From NCBI RefSeq assembly GCF_006345805.1, contig NC_043000.1:7068001-7132000 (forward strand): a stretch of DNA of 64,000 nucleotides. Direction: 5' to 3'. Positions 1 through 12,364 of the stretch are shown piece by piece (positions within the stretch are counted from its first letter, which is position 1; the number at the start of each line of letters is the position of its first letter). Below the pieces are notes generated by a model. That model saw nothing but the letters and a program-made list of their open reading frames with translations, had not been told where the DNA came from and did not search any database. This DNA comes from Octopus sinensis. Taxonomy: Eukaryota. Made by a program: the position numbers and the translations under genes.

Positions 1-348
1 TTGTTAATGTTGATGTAATATCAATTATATAACTAAGACAGCAAACATAATCATTGGCAGGCTGGACAAAATGTTTCATAGCATTTTGCTCATCTTCATG
101 TTCTGAGTTCAAATTCCACTGAAGTCAACTCTGCCATTTATCCTCTTAGAGCAGATGAAATCAGAACTGGCTGAGCACTGACAGTCAATGCTATCAACTA
201 GCCCCATCTCCACCCGAAATTTCAGGTTTTATGCCTATTGTAGAAAGAAATGTCATATCTATTATAAAACTAACAAGATTATGAAACAGGTGTAAACAAA
301 TAGAATAAACATTTACCTTCTCATCTTGCTTCTCTTATTTGTTCTATT

Positions 349-401
<53 letters not shown>

Positions 402-1731
402 ATGTGAATGTGTGTTTGTATCTCTACCCAATCACCTCTTGACAGCCGGGGTTGGTTTGTTTATGTCTCCACAACTTAGTAATTTTGGCAAAAAGAGGCC
501 CAATAGAATAAGTACCTGATTTTAAAAAGAGAAGTGTACCAGGGTCGATTTGTTCAGGTAAACACTTTAAGGTAATGCTCCAGCATGACCACAGTCTAAT
601 GAGTGAAACATGTAACAGATTACGGCCAATGTTATCATCCTCATCATCATCATCGCTTAACATCCGTTTTCCATGTTGGCATGGATTGGACGGTTTGATT
701 GGAGTCTGGGTAGCCAGGAGGCTGCACCAGGCTCCAATCTTGATCTGGCAGTGTTTCTACAGCTGGATGCCCTTCCTAACGCCAACCACTCCGAGAATGT
801 GTGTACACACACAAACACATAAACACATATCTTTTATTTTTATTTGTTTCAGTCATTTGACTGCGACCATGCTGGAGCTCTGCCTTCATGAATTTTAGTT
901 GAACAAATCAACCCCAGAACTTATTTTCTTTTTAAGCATGGTTCACATTCTATCAGTCTCTTTTGTGAAACCACTAAGCTACAGGGATATAAACACACCA
1001 ACACCAGTTGTCAAGCGGTAGTAGAGGACAAACACAAAGACACACACACACTCACACACGTGTATACAATGGGCTTCTTTCAGTTTTCATCTGCCAAATC
1101 CACCCGCAAGGCTTTGGTCAGCCTGAGGCTATTGTAGAAGACACTTGCCCAAGGTGCCACGCAATGGAATTGAACTTGGAGTCATGTGGTTGGAAAACAA
1201 ACCTCTTACCACACAGCAGTACATACACCTATATTATCGTTTCTTTCAGTTTCTCCTAACCAAATGCAGTCACAAGGTATTGGTCAACCTAGGGCTATAG
1301 TAGAAAATACTTACCCAAGTTGCCAAACTGAACCTGAGACCATGTGGTTGGGAAGCAAGCTTCTTACCACACAGCCATACCTATGCCTGTATATACAAAT
1401 TCTGTCTGACCCATGTGATGGAAGAATGGATGTTAAATGATGGTGATGATGATGACACACACACACTTTACACACACACATCATATATCATACCAGAATC
1501 CAAAAATTGTATTTTCTCCAAGACTAAAGAATGTACAAAATTCTGCTATTTCAAAGCTCCTATAGATACAAATATACATATATATGTGCTTCTCTGTATG
1601 TGGAGAGAGAGAGAGAGGGGGGGATAGGGGGAAAAGAAAGACAGAGACAGAGAGAAGGAGAGTGAGCCGTGTAATAGAGATATGTATATACACAGAATCT
1701 AGTTTATATGGTGCAGCCCCTCCCCATATGT

Positions 1732-1765
<34 letters not shown>

Positions 1766-1927
1766 TCACCATTCACAAAAATTCACTGTTCCTATAGGTA
1801 ACAATGAGTCACATGGGCCTGACTTGATATTTAAAGCAGACAGACAGGCAGACAGATTCAATTACTGTTCTCTGGAGCAGCAGTTAGAATGGGCAAAGTT
1901 ACTTTGAGCATGTTACACGACTGTTAG

Positions 1928-1975
1928 GCACTCACTCACTCTCACTCACTCACGCTCACTCACTCACTCACTCAC
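1928..1975. repeat. (CACT)n tetranucleotide repeat
   Basis: Read directly from the sequence. Confidence 0.9.
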
Positions 1976-2084
1976 ATAACTCATTCAGTCGGAGGCTTAC
2001 CATGTCTCAGATACTGCTGCACTCACAGCTATAGTTTTTTTCATTTTTTTTTTTCACATATTTTCACACAAAATGCATGTGGCT

Positions 2085-2183
2085 TCTATCATCATGATCA
2101 TCACCATCACCATCATCATCATCATCATCATCATTATCATCATCATCATCATTATCATCATCATCAAAGCAATAATAATAATC

Positions 2184-2218
<35 letters not shown>

Positions 2219-2400
2219 CATAATAATAATAATCATAATAATAATAATCATAATAATAATAATAATCATAATAATAATAATAATCATAATAATAATAGCA
2301 ATAATAATAATCATAATAATAATAATAATAATCATAATAATAATAGCAATAATAATAATAATCATAATAATAATCATAATAATAATCATAATAACAATAA
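2085..2400. repeat. Compound trinucleotide microsatellite (CAT)n/(AAT)n
   Basis: Read directly from the sequence. Confidence 0.95.
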
Positions 2401-2402
2401 TT

Positions 2403-2880
2403 TCTTTTTATTAGCCACAGGGGCATAGATGAGGGGAACATCACAAGAACAGACAGCAATTTGTGTAGGGATTTAAATAAGGGATGGGGAGAAAGAAAAG
2501 GAGAAGACAATGAAATGTGATAAAAGTATATCCACGGAATGTGATAACATGAATGATGCAGCAGTCCTGATACAGGAGAAATTCCAACTAGGGCCAATCA
2601 AGGAACCTCACAGCTCCAGGTTTACCCTAACCACCAAAGTCACAAGCCCTCTCCCAACTGTCGCTCTCCCATCTACAAGCACATACTTAGAGAGAGGCCA
2701 TTCACTCTCACTATTTTTTCCACAGTCACCCATCATTTCACAAATTCCCTGGGTGCTAGCACTTCCCTCTCCACCCTCACTTTCCTTTCCAAGGGGAACC
2801 TAAAAAAGTCGATGAGAGCTTCACTGAAAAGGAAGGTGTCTTTCCTCAATCCTGTCAGCTTCTGTCACGGGCATCACAAG
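2403..2880 (-). mobile_element. Tx1/L1-like LINE 3' end
   Basis: Homologous to 3095-3700. Ends ...GGCTAATAAAAGAAA directly into a (TTA)n tail. Confidence 0.6.
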
Positions 2881-2987
2881 GATAGTCTATAATTTGTGTG
2901 GGGGTTTATATAAAAGATGAGGTAAAAGAGAGATCTGGCAAAGTTTCTACAGCTGGATGCCCTTCCTAACACCAACCACTCCAAGAA

Positions 2988-3061
<74 letters not shown>

Positions 3062-3094
3062 CACATATATATATAAAAGTATACATAATATATA

Positions 3095-3700
3095 AAGTAT
3101 GTGAACACATGAATGATGCAGTTTTCTTGATGCAAGGGAACTGCCAACTAGGGCCAATCAAGGAGCCCTACAGATCCAGGATAACCCTGACCACCAAAAG
3201 CACATGCCCTCTCCCAACTGTTACCCTCCAATCTAGGTGCGCATGCCTCAAGTAGGTTCATTCACTCTATCCATTTCTGCCACAGTCACCTCACCAGCCT
3301 TTCAAGAAATTCACCAGGAGAGAACACTACCTTCTCCATCCTTGTTTCCCTTTCTAAGTGGAATATAAAAATGTTGAAGAGGGCTTGAACAAAGAGGACA
3401 GTAGCTTTCCTCGATTCTTTCAACCTCATCCATCGCACAACCTCTTTTGCCATAGCCACTAGACAGAAGAACACTGCCCTCCTGCCTTGTTAAAGGTGGG
3501 TGGTCGGGTGATACTCATGATGGACTCGACCACTGGGCAGATTTGCCCTAAATTTGATAAAAGCTGTTCATTATAATTCCACAAGTCAGTAATACTCGAA
3601 CACTGCACAAGTGCATGTAGTGCAGTTTCATTGCTCTGCACATGTTGGGTAGCCCTGCCTGGCAGTGTAAGGTAAAGGTAACATCCTAACCACCAGGCCA
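3095..3700 (-). mobile_element. Tx1/L1-like LINE ORF2 C-terminal remnant
   Basis: zf-RVT-like (C)VQSNETALHALVQCSSITDLW, then FFCLVAMAKEVVRW and FSPGEFLERLV. Confidence 0.65.
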
Positions 3701-4137
3701 CATACCTCAATACTCCAACACTAGGCTGGTACTTTATTTCACCAACTCTGAAAGGATGACAGCAAAATTAACCTTGGTGAGATTTGAACTTGGAACATAA
3801 GTAATCAACAAAATACCACAAAGGCATTTTGACCAAAGTTTTACTAATTCTGTCAATCTTCTCTCTTATATTTTTAGCATAAGTAACAAGGTTGAGAAAT
3901 TTGGGGGAGGAGTTTAAACAATAACGTTGACTCTAGCACTCCTTCATTTTCACAACCTTGAAGTTGATTTGAACTCAGAATATAGAGCCAGACAGCTCTT
4001 ATATAAGAAGGAAACAAAGAATCAACATGGTGACTGTTATTTCTACATGTTTGATGTTACAAAGTACAAGAAGATGAACCATTCTGATACCAACATTCTT
4101 GAGACTGCCTCTGGTTCTATGAAACAAATTCTCTATT

Positions 4138-4805
4138 TTAACCCTTTAGCATTTTAATTCAGCCATGTCCAGCCAAAATTTTCTTCCTTGTTAATGTGAA
4201 AACTGGCCAGGTCTGGCCTCTCTCACCTACCCAACAGTGTCATTCAAAACATAAATAATCACATGATTGAAATCTAAAAGCTAAGAGATAATGCATGATT
4301 AATTCAAATCAATGTGAATGAATATGTATTACATTTGACAGTGTAGTGATGCCATCTTGGGACGTTCATCTGTGCATGTGCAATGATCAGTGTCTTCTGG
4401 TAGACCTGCCGGAAGTCCCTCGTGCACATATTTAGTAATCGGCAGCAGTTAGCTTTTACCGCTATTTGGTCTCTTAGCTTTCTGCTGTCAACGAATTCAG
4501 ATATGACCAAACAAAGCTCCGAGTAGAGGCGAAAAAGACTTGGCAGGCTGTGAAGAATGTCTTCAACAGCTGTGGTTTAAACCGACTCTGCTGCTTCCTA
4601 CCCCAGGCGTTCAGGCTACTGATGTCCAGAGATGAAATGCTTATTTTGGTGAAAATAAACTATTATTGTTATTTGTTCAAAGATTTGAGTTCCTGCTATT
4701 TTTCCTATCTACAATATTGTGGGGAATTGTGTGAGGCACTCAACCAGTGCAAATATCATACATAAAGAAGCCTACAACAGAATAATCTGCTTGCTAAAGG
4801 GTTAA
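4138..4805. mobile_element. piggyBac-like MITE (TTAA TSD, CCCTTTAGCA TIRs)
   Basis: ttaa|CCCTTTAGCA at 4138-4151 and TGCTAAAGGG|ttaa at 4792-4805. Confidence 0.7.
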
Positions 4806-5324
4806 AGTGGTCTAAGTTAAAACCTATCAAAATTTCAGGTTAATTGATGCTTGAAACTCAAGCTTAATAATGACAAAGCTATTTTACTAGATTTTTCATG
4901 AATTTTAAAATTAATTGCAACAAAGGCAATGTATTCTAACAGAAATTTGAAAACAAAAGAGTTAAAAACAAACAAGTTGTCTTTCATAGCACCATCAGTT
5001 CCTCATAGTGAAAGTTTACTAATACTACAACCACCAGCAAATGTAATTAATATTACTTCAAACTACCCTGCTATTTGCTCTGGTACCCTATCACTACCAT
5101 GTTTATCTTCTTCCCAGCTATTCTCATCCTTATATAAAGTGGGGTAGCCATGTATCTCCTCTATAGCAAGACGTTTGTGCTTATCCCTGTATCATACTTT
5201 ATCCTCTTGATACCTAATGTAAAACTACCTCTCCTTCTCACATATTACCCCTACTTAGTCAAGGGCCCTTTTTCCTGTTCTTATCCTGTCTTGTAAGTTA
5301 CTTCGCAGCCTCACTAGTGCTGAT

Positions 5325-6480
5325 TAAAAACAGAGTGGCAAAAGTTAAAATTGGAGCAGCTGTAGTTAAAAGTAGAGCAGGTGCGGTTAAAAGTAGATTA
5401 GACATGGTTACAAGAAGAGCACCTGTGGTTAAAAGTAGAGCAGCTGTAGTTAAAAAAATCAGGTGTTGTTAAAAGTAGAGCAGTTATAGTTAAAAGAGCA
5501 GGTGTGGTTAAAAGTAGAGTACCTGTAGTGAAAAGTAGCTGTAGTTAAAAGAGCAGGTGTCGTTAAAAATCGATCGAGTGTGGTTAAAAGTAGAGCAGGG
5601 GTAGTTAAAAGAGCAGATGTAGTTAAAAGTAGAGCAGGTGTAGCTAAAAGAGCAGGTGTGGTTAAAAGTAGAGCACCTGCAGTAAAAAATAGAGCAGCTA
5701 TAGTTAAAAGAGCAGGTGCAGTTAAAAGGAGAGCACCTGTTGTGAAAAGTAGAGCAGGTGGGGTTAAAAGTAGAGCACCTGTGGTGAAAAGTAGAGTAGC
5801 TGTAGTTAAAAGAGCAGGTATAGTTAAAAATAGAGCAGGTGTGGTTAAAAGTAGAGCAGGTGTGGTTAAAAATAGAGCAGGGGTAGTTAAAAATAGAGCA
5901 CCTGTGGTAAAAAGTAGAGCAGGTGTGGTTAAAAGTAGAGCACCTGTGGTGAAAAGTAGGGCAGGTGTAGTTAAAAGAGCAGGTGTGGTTAAAAGTAGGG
6001 CAGCTATAGTTAAAAAAAACAGGTGTAGTTAAAAGGAGAGCACCGGTGCTGAAAAGAGAGCAGGTGGGGTTAAAAGTAGAGCAGGTGTGGTTAAAAGTAG
6101 AGCAGGTGTGGTTAAAAGTAGAGCAGGTGTGGTTAAAAGTTGAGCACCTGTGGTGAAAAGTAGAGCAGGTGTAGTTAAAAGAGCAGGTGTGGTTAAAAGT
6201 AGAGCAGCTATAGATAAAAGAGCAGGTGTAGTCAAAAGGAGAGCACCTGTTGTGAAAAGTAGAGCAGGTGGGGTTAAAAGTAGAGCAGGTGTGGTTAAAA
6301 ATAGAGCAGGGGTAGTTAAAAGTAGAGCACCTGTGGTAAAAAGTAGAGCAGGTGTGGTTAAAAGTAGAGCACCTGTGGTGAAAAGTAGAGCAGATGTAGT
6401 TAAAAGAGCAGGTGTGGTTAAAAGTAGGGTAGGTGTGGTTAAAAGTCGAGCAGGTGTGCTTAAAAGTAGGACAGCTAAGG
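5325..6480. repeat. Minisatellite of mixed 21-nt (GGTGTGGTTAAAAGTAGAGCA) and 18-nt (GGTGTAGTTAAAAGAGCA) units
   Basis: More than 50 tandem units; gives VVKSRAG (+) and FNHTCST (-) repeat ORFs. Confidence 0.95.
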
Positions 6481-6519
6481 TTAATCAAACCTACATCACT
6501 ATAGTGACTGAGCGAGACC

Positions 6520-6880
6520 ACATCTAGTGATATATGTAGGATTAATTTTTCCATAAAGCAGTCTTAAGCATACCTTGGAGAACTTATCCCACCAAGAAAC
6601 AGCTGCATAGAGACCTCCTGCTTGTTTACAACATTATAAGGAAAAGATGCTTGTGCTTTGTGGGACATCACTGGCAAGCTAAAGTAGAGCTAGCATGTGA
6701 CCTACTGCTATGGATGTCAAAACATAGCCATACTCAAGCTAGTTATCTGAACACAGCATACGTAGATCAACTCACCAGAGACACTGGATGCCTCGCAGAA
6801 AACTTCTCTCAACTAATGCAGGACCAAGATGGATGATATGTGCAGGTTAAGACTGTCTGACCAAGCTCAACCAGGTGATG
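6520..6880 (+). mobile_element. Second RTE-type LINE family, 3' end remnant
   Basis: FVGHHWQAKVELACDLLLW...YVDQLTRDTGCLAENFSQLMQDQDGW, a typical RTE C-terminus, then a tgatgatg tail. Probable RT fragments of the same type lie at about 9600-9830(-) (QGDMLAL.LF) and 12715-12830(-) (KATGLDNISVDVW). Confidence 0.65.
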
Positions 6881-7099
6881 ATGAATAGTGTGAAAAAAAG
6901 TGGATTATATACAATTAAGGACTCACTTTTATATATATATAGATATACAGATAGATAAATACATATATGTATATATGATTGCTAGATAGATAGACAGACA
7001 GACAGACAGATAGATAGAAAGATAGGTAGGGAGACAGACAAACAGACAAATAGATGATAGATAGATACAGGTGGAGAGGATTGGAATGCAAATGTCCTG

Positions 7100-7490
7100 T
7101 TCAGGTCCACATAAAAAGCACTTGTGCTGGTGCCACATAAAAGCACCCGTGCAATGTCATGTGAAAAGAATTCATGCCAGTGCCATATAAAAGCATCTGT
7201 ATGGTGCCACATAAAACCCCCCATGTGGTGCCACATAAAAGTCCCCATGCAGTGTCACATAAAAGTGCTTGTGTGGTGCCCCGTAAAAGCGCCCTTGCAG
7301 TGCCATGTAAAAGCACCCAGCACACTCTATAAAGTGGGTGGTGTTAGGAAGGGCATCCAGCTGTAGAGACCATGCCAAATCAGACTGGAGTCTGGTGCAG
7401 CTCTCCAACTTGCCAGCTCCGGCCAAACTGTCCAAACCATGCCAGCATGGACAACGGACGTTAAATGATGTTGATGATGATGATGAGTCA
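7100..7490 (+). mobile_element. RTE-type 3'UTR fragment (older subfamily, ~29-nt gtgccacataaaa repeats)
   Basis: Tandem gtgccacataaaagcacc units, the RTE terminal motif and a (GAT)n tail. Similar 3' fragments lie at 640-800(-), 9995-10490(-), 16134-16310(-), 17830-18010(-), 21430-21650(+), 32987-33140(+), 33683-33840(+), 35230-35550(-), 38150-38340(-), 39500-39625(-) and 41930-42250(-). Confidence 0.8.
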
Positions 7491-7599
7491 TATATATGCA
7501 CTGCCGCCACCACCACCACCACCACCACCACCATAATTTTGCATTCTTTTCTCCTTGCTTGTTTGGGACAGTATCATGTCAGTTGTTGCAATCCTTTAT

Positions 7600-7870
7600 A
7601 ATCTCCTTTGAGAGGTTTAGCCTCTTGAAATCAGCTCCACCATTTCTTCTCCTGGCTTTCTCAGTCTGCCCCTTCTGATTCTTCCACTACATCTCTTGCA
7701 CATAAATAGTTTGCCTTGAATACACACCATGGAACCCTGCCATCTGCTCCTTTTTGCATTTTGAGCATGACCACTTTCCAGATGGCAGCAGAGTCTTGTC
7801 ACTGTTAGTCTTCAACATGTTTACTTTGAAGTCTCTTGATTCTAAGCTTTCCTTCACATGTAGAATTACA
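7600..7870 (-). mobile_element. Degenerate RTE RT fragment (zinc-finger insert region)
   Basis: Decayed ESLESRDFKVNM..KT...SGKWSCS.C and GKLFMCKRCSG, homologous to the long RTE copies. Confidence 0.65.
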
Positions 7871-8092
7871 TTTTTGGTTCTTTAGAAGATTTTATTATAC
7901 AACTGCAGGTATTGACAGACTAGGCGCACGCATTGCTGTGTGTAAGAAGCTTACTTCTCAGCTACGTGGTTTTGTGTTCAGTCCCACTGTGTGGCACTTT
8001 GGGTAAGTGTCTTCGAGTATAGTCTCAGGCTGACCAAAGCCTTGGGAGTGGATTTGGTAGACGGAAACTAAAACATCGTATATATATATATA

Positions 8093-8646
8093 TCTATTAT
8101 ATAAAATCCGTTCTGTCTGTCTGTGTGTATGTCTTCTAGGATCTAGGGCATCCTCTATCCAATTGCGCTCAAATTTGATATGTAGATACCGACAGTATCA
8201 GGGCGTGTATAAGTCTTGAAAAAATTACAAAAATCGATTCCAGGTGAGAATGCGATCAATAAAGCCGTGGGAACGTGCATTTGTACGTGCAAGTACATCA
8301 GCTGTTGTGATCGATACAATGCGTATGCAAGAAAAATGCACGTGCAGTTTGCGCAAAAAAGTCAGCTGGCTTGAAATAATGCCACAAAATGTAGTATATT
8401 TAAGAGACCAACAAAGTAAGATACAAAAGAGATATTTTCTTCAAACTTGGCATGAAGGAAGAAAAGACTATTTGGTTTCTCATGAAGCTTTTTTTTTTTT
8501 GCCTTAACTTTGTTTAACAAAACCAAAAAGTTTTATTGAAATAAAGGCATGCTTAATTATTTTTTAATGAAAAAAAAACACTGATTGCTTTTTATTCAGC
8601 AGATATGATTCAGCACTGTCCATTGGACGGTGGGGCATTTTGCTCG
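8093..8646 (+). mobile_element. Non-autonomous Helitron/DINE-like element
   Basis: TCTATTATATAAAAT start, (CTGT)n near the 5' end, 3' cattggacggtggggcattttg-CTCG|T (degenerate CTAG); inserted in (TA)n. Confidence 0.55.
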
Positions 8647-8735
8647 TATATATATATATTATTAATTATTGGCTAAACTGGCAAAATGAACATTCCGAAA
8701 TACAACACTATATATATATATATGAATACTTTTCT

Positions 8736-9146
8736 AGGTGCAGGAGTGGCTATGTGGTAAGTAGCTTGCTTACCAACCACAAGGTTCTGGACTGAGTCCC
8801 ACTGCATGGCACCTTGGGCAAGTGTCTTCTACTATAGCCTCAGGCCAACCAAAGCCTTGTGAGTGGATTTGGTAGACAGAAACTGAAAGAAGCCCGTCGT
8901 ATATATGTATAGATATGCATGTGTGTGTATATGTTTGTGTGTCTGTGTATGTCCCCCTCAACATCACTTGACAACCGATGCTGGTGTGTTTACGTCCCCG
9001 TAATCTAGCGGTTTGGCAAAAGAGGCCGATAGAATAAGTACTAGGCTTACAAAGAATAAGTCCTGGGGTCGATGTGCTCGACTAAAGGCGGTGCTCCAGT
9101 ATGGCTGCAGTCAAATGATTAAAACAATTAAAAGAGTAAAAGAGAC
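8736..9146 (+). mobile_element. tRNA-derived SINE family A (full length)
   Basis: tRNA-like head (A box tggctatgtgg, B-box-like ggactgagtccc), central (TA/TG)n, tail aaaagagtaaaagag. Other copies at about 836-1230(-), 7921-8080(+), 12986-13575(-), 14025-14425(-), 15910-16130(-), 20870-21255(-), 29520-29870(-), 39670-39900(+), 42440-42895(-), 44920-45065(-), 45885-46265(+), 58670-58840(-) and 60610-60960(+). Confidence 0.85.
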
Positions 9147-11023
9147 CTGTACACTCCTTTTTGTTTTTGTTTGTTTTTCGGTATTTTTTTCCAGTTTGTT
9201 TTGAAGAGAAAGGAATATAAAATGAGATGATAATTTCATGTCTTGTTTTGTAATTTTATTGAAGCACTAAACAATAAAAATATTTTCATAGCATTGATGA
9301 TTGTATTTTTTTTCCTGTTCTAAATGTTTATCCCATATTTAATGACAAAGATACCAGTATTTAGATTTCTTGGATGTTTGTAAGTGTAAGGTCAGGAGTA
9401 GCCTAGTAATTTCTCTGTAGTTCAACATATTTCTGTGACCCTATTCCTACCAGATTAAAGAACTCCTACATCTCAAAGACATTTCTTTTACTGCCTTTTT
9501 GAAGATCCTGTAGAAGAGATGTACTTGCTGAAATGGTGTTGGTCATGAGTGAGATGTCATAAGTATAATCTGAGACTGTTATTTATGAGTAGGAGATGAA
9601 GGGACGTTGATTTTATAAGAGTGAAGCCATGTTCTTTACTTTCGTCAATACAAGTGTAAAGAACCAACTTCAGGCAGATGATAAAAAAGGATTAGTGCAA
9701 GCATGTCACCTTGCTAGACACACGTAGAGACACCAAAACAATTCAAGACTCCATCAGGAGGGGCCAGATGCAACCTGCGCAATTTTCTGAATGAAAAATT
9801 TCCATGAATGTTTTTAGTAGTGCAACCCACCTGATGATGAACTGACTCTCATACAGCCTGCTTCTCACAGATTACTGAAGCCAGTCCTTAAGTATCATTA
9901 CAGCTGTTTTGCTATGCAACCATAATATACTACAGAGTGTCCTACTATGTTAGCAGTGTCATTAAATCTAGAGAAAATCTGTAGAGATCAACATCATCAT
10001 CATTGTTTAATATCCATTTTCCATGCTAGCATGGGTTGGACAGTTCGACTGGGGTCTGGGAAGCCATGAGGCTGCACCGGGCTCCATTCTGATCTGGCAA
10101 TGTTTCTACAGCTGGATGCCCTTCCTAAAGCCAACCACTCTCGTGAGTATAGTGGGTGCTTTTTACGTGCCACCAGCACAGCGGCCAGAGGAGGCTGGCA
10201 ACGGCCACAATCAGTTGGTGCTTTTTACGTGCCACCGGCATGGAAGCCAGCCAAAGCGGTGCTGGCATCGGCCACGTTCGGATGGTGCTTTTTACATGCC
10301 ACCGGCACAGGTCCCGTAACTACAATTTCCATTTGATATTTATTTTGATGTTGATGTACTTAACTCAATAGGTCTCTTCAAGCACAGCAGGTTGTCCCAC
10401 GATCCAAGGTAAACACCACAGGCCGTCCTGTGATCCAAGGTACTTTGAATGGGCTGGGGCTGGTTGTGTGAAGCTGGTGTAGGATACAGCCATGAACTCT
10501 ACGGTATTCTATATGTCAAATGAATTTGTTCCATTTTTGTCAAGGTGGACAAAGTTGAAATCCTTTAAGAAGTCTGAAACAACTACAAAATGGAAGACTT
10601 ACAGATTTTAGGCCTGACTCCATCAATGATTCTTCTAATTGCTAAAATCTGCCCAATGGTAGACCAATTTTTCATAAACTCATTTTAGTTTCTTAAGTTC
10701 TAGCTGCATATGCCTTACTAATAATTTGTAGCAGATATTGCTGCTTTTACAATAAAGGTAACCCCACTCTGTATTTTTTTAGTCATCCATAAATTAGTTT
10801 TCTTGGAGGATAGGAGAATATAACCTTCAGTCCATTTCTCAAATGAGTTTGAATCATATGATTTCAGGTTCAATCCCACTGTGTGGAACCTTGGGCAAGC
10901 ATTTTCTATTATGGCCTTAGGCCAGCCAAAGCCTTGCAAGTTGTTATAGTAAATACAAACTGAAAGAAACTTGCCATGTGTATCTCTCTCTCTCTCTCTA
11001 CATATATATATATATATATATAT

Positions 11024-11268
11024 ATTGGTAAAACGGTAAGATAACAAAAGAAAGAAAGAGACCTCAATATTATGTAAATAGAGGAAATTTATCTATACAA
11101 TAATATGTTACATTACTCGATAGTCAAGATAAAACTCTGAGTTTCAGATGCTGAATTGGAAATCCACAACACCATCTCTTCGGTTATCTGGAGGATTTCC
11201 ACTTCGGCATCTGAAACTCAGAGTTTTATCTTGACTATCGAGTAATGTAACATATTATTGTATATATA

Positions 11269-11307
<39 letters not shown>

Positions 11308-11535
11308 TAAAACGGTAAGATAACAAAAGAAAGAAAGAGACCTCAATATTATGTAAATAGAGGAAATTTATCTATACAATAATATGTTACATTACTCGAT
11401 AGTCAAGATAAAACTCTGAGTTTCAGATGCCGAATTGGAAATCCACAACACCATCTCTTCGGTTATCTGGAGGATTTCCACTTCGGCATCTGAAACTCAG
11501 AGTTTTATCTTGACTATCGAGTAATGTAACATATT

Positions 11536-11541
<6 letters not shown>
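11024..11541. repeat. Tandem dimer (period 279 nt) of a hairpin-forming element in (TA)n
   Basis: Units 11024-11262 and 11303-11541 differ at about one position. Each has ~62-bp inverted arms. Family members at about 16942-17150 and 35087-35215. Confidence 0.9.
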
Positions 11542-11572
<31 letters not shown>

Positions 11573-11576
<4 letters not shown>

Positions 11577-12092
11577 GGACAAGTGAGACCATAACCCATG
11601 GCCTCAGTCCACTTATGCATACCTTCCCTTCTTGGGACACAAAACTCTACTTGTGAAGACCTGTTGAGGCAAGTCAGAATCAGAATCGAAATCGATCAAT
11701 GGAAATTGCAGCTGAGATACCAGTGCCGGTGGAACGTAAGAGAACCATCTGAATGTGGCTGTTGCCAGCGCCGCCCCGACTGGCCTCATGCCGGTGGCAC
11801 GTAAAAAGCACCATCCGTTCGTGGCCGTTGCCAGCCTCGCCTGGCCCTTGTGCCGGTGGCACATAAAAAGCACCATCCGATCGTGGCCGTTTGCCAGACA
11901 CGTCTGGCACCTGTCCCGGTAGCACATAAAAAGCACCCACTACACTCATGGAGTGGTTGGCCTTAGGAAGGGCATCCAGCTGTAGAAGCATTGCCAGATC
12001 AGACTGGGCCTGGTGCAGCCTTCTGGCTTGCCAGACCCCAGTTGAACCGTCCAACCCATGCTAGCATGGAAAGCGGACGCTAAACGATGATG
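11573..12092 (+). mobile_element. RTE LINE 3'UTR fragment
   Basis: Starts at the ORF end (RQDQ*), carries about 3 copies of the ~60-nt unit, ends ggacgctaaacgatgatgat. Confidence 0.9.
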
Positions 12093-12314
12093 ATATATAT
12101 ATATATATAGGGAGAGTTTACGAAAAAAAAACAAAAGACGAAGACTGGTGGTGTACAAAACAAACAGATGTATTAGTATAATGCTCAGGAATAGAAAAAG
12201 TCTTTTACATTTCGAGCCTACGCTCTTCTACCGAAAGGGACACATAAAAAACAAGGAGAGCAAAAAGCAGAGAAAAAAATGTGTGTAGTGGCTAACGATC
12301 TATCATGGCGACTG

Positions 12315-12364
<50 letters not shown>

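Noticed and set aside
2054-2597. Poly-Ile, poly-Tyr/Asp and (YI)n/(HT)n/(VC)n ORFs here and at 15085-15654, 53282-53606, 59439-59723 and 61331-61919
   Set aside because: They are translations of (AAT)n/(CAT)n/(TA)n/(CA)n microsatellites, which lack stops in some frames.
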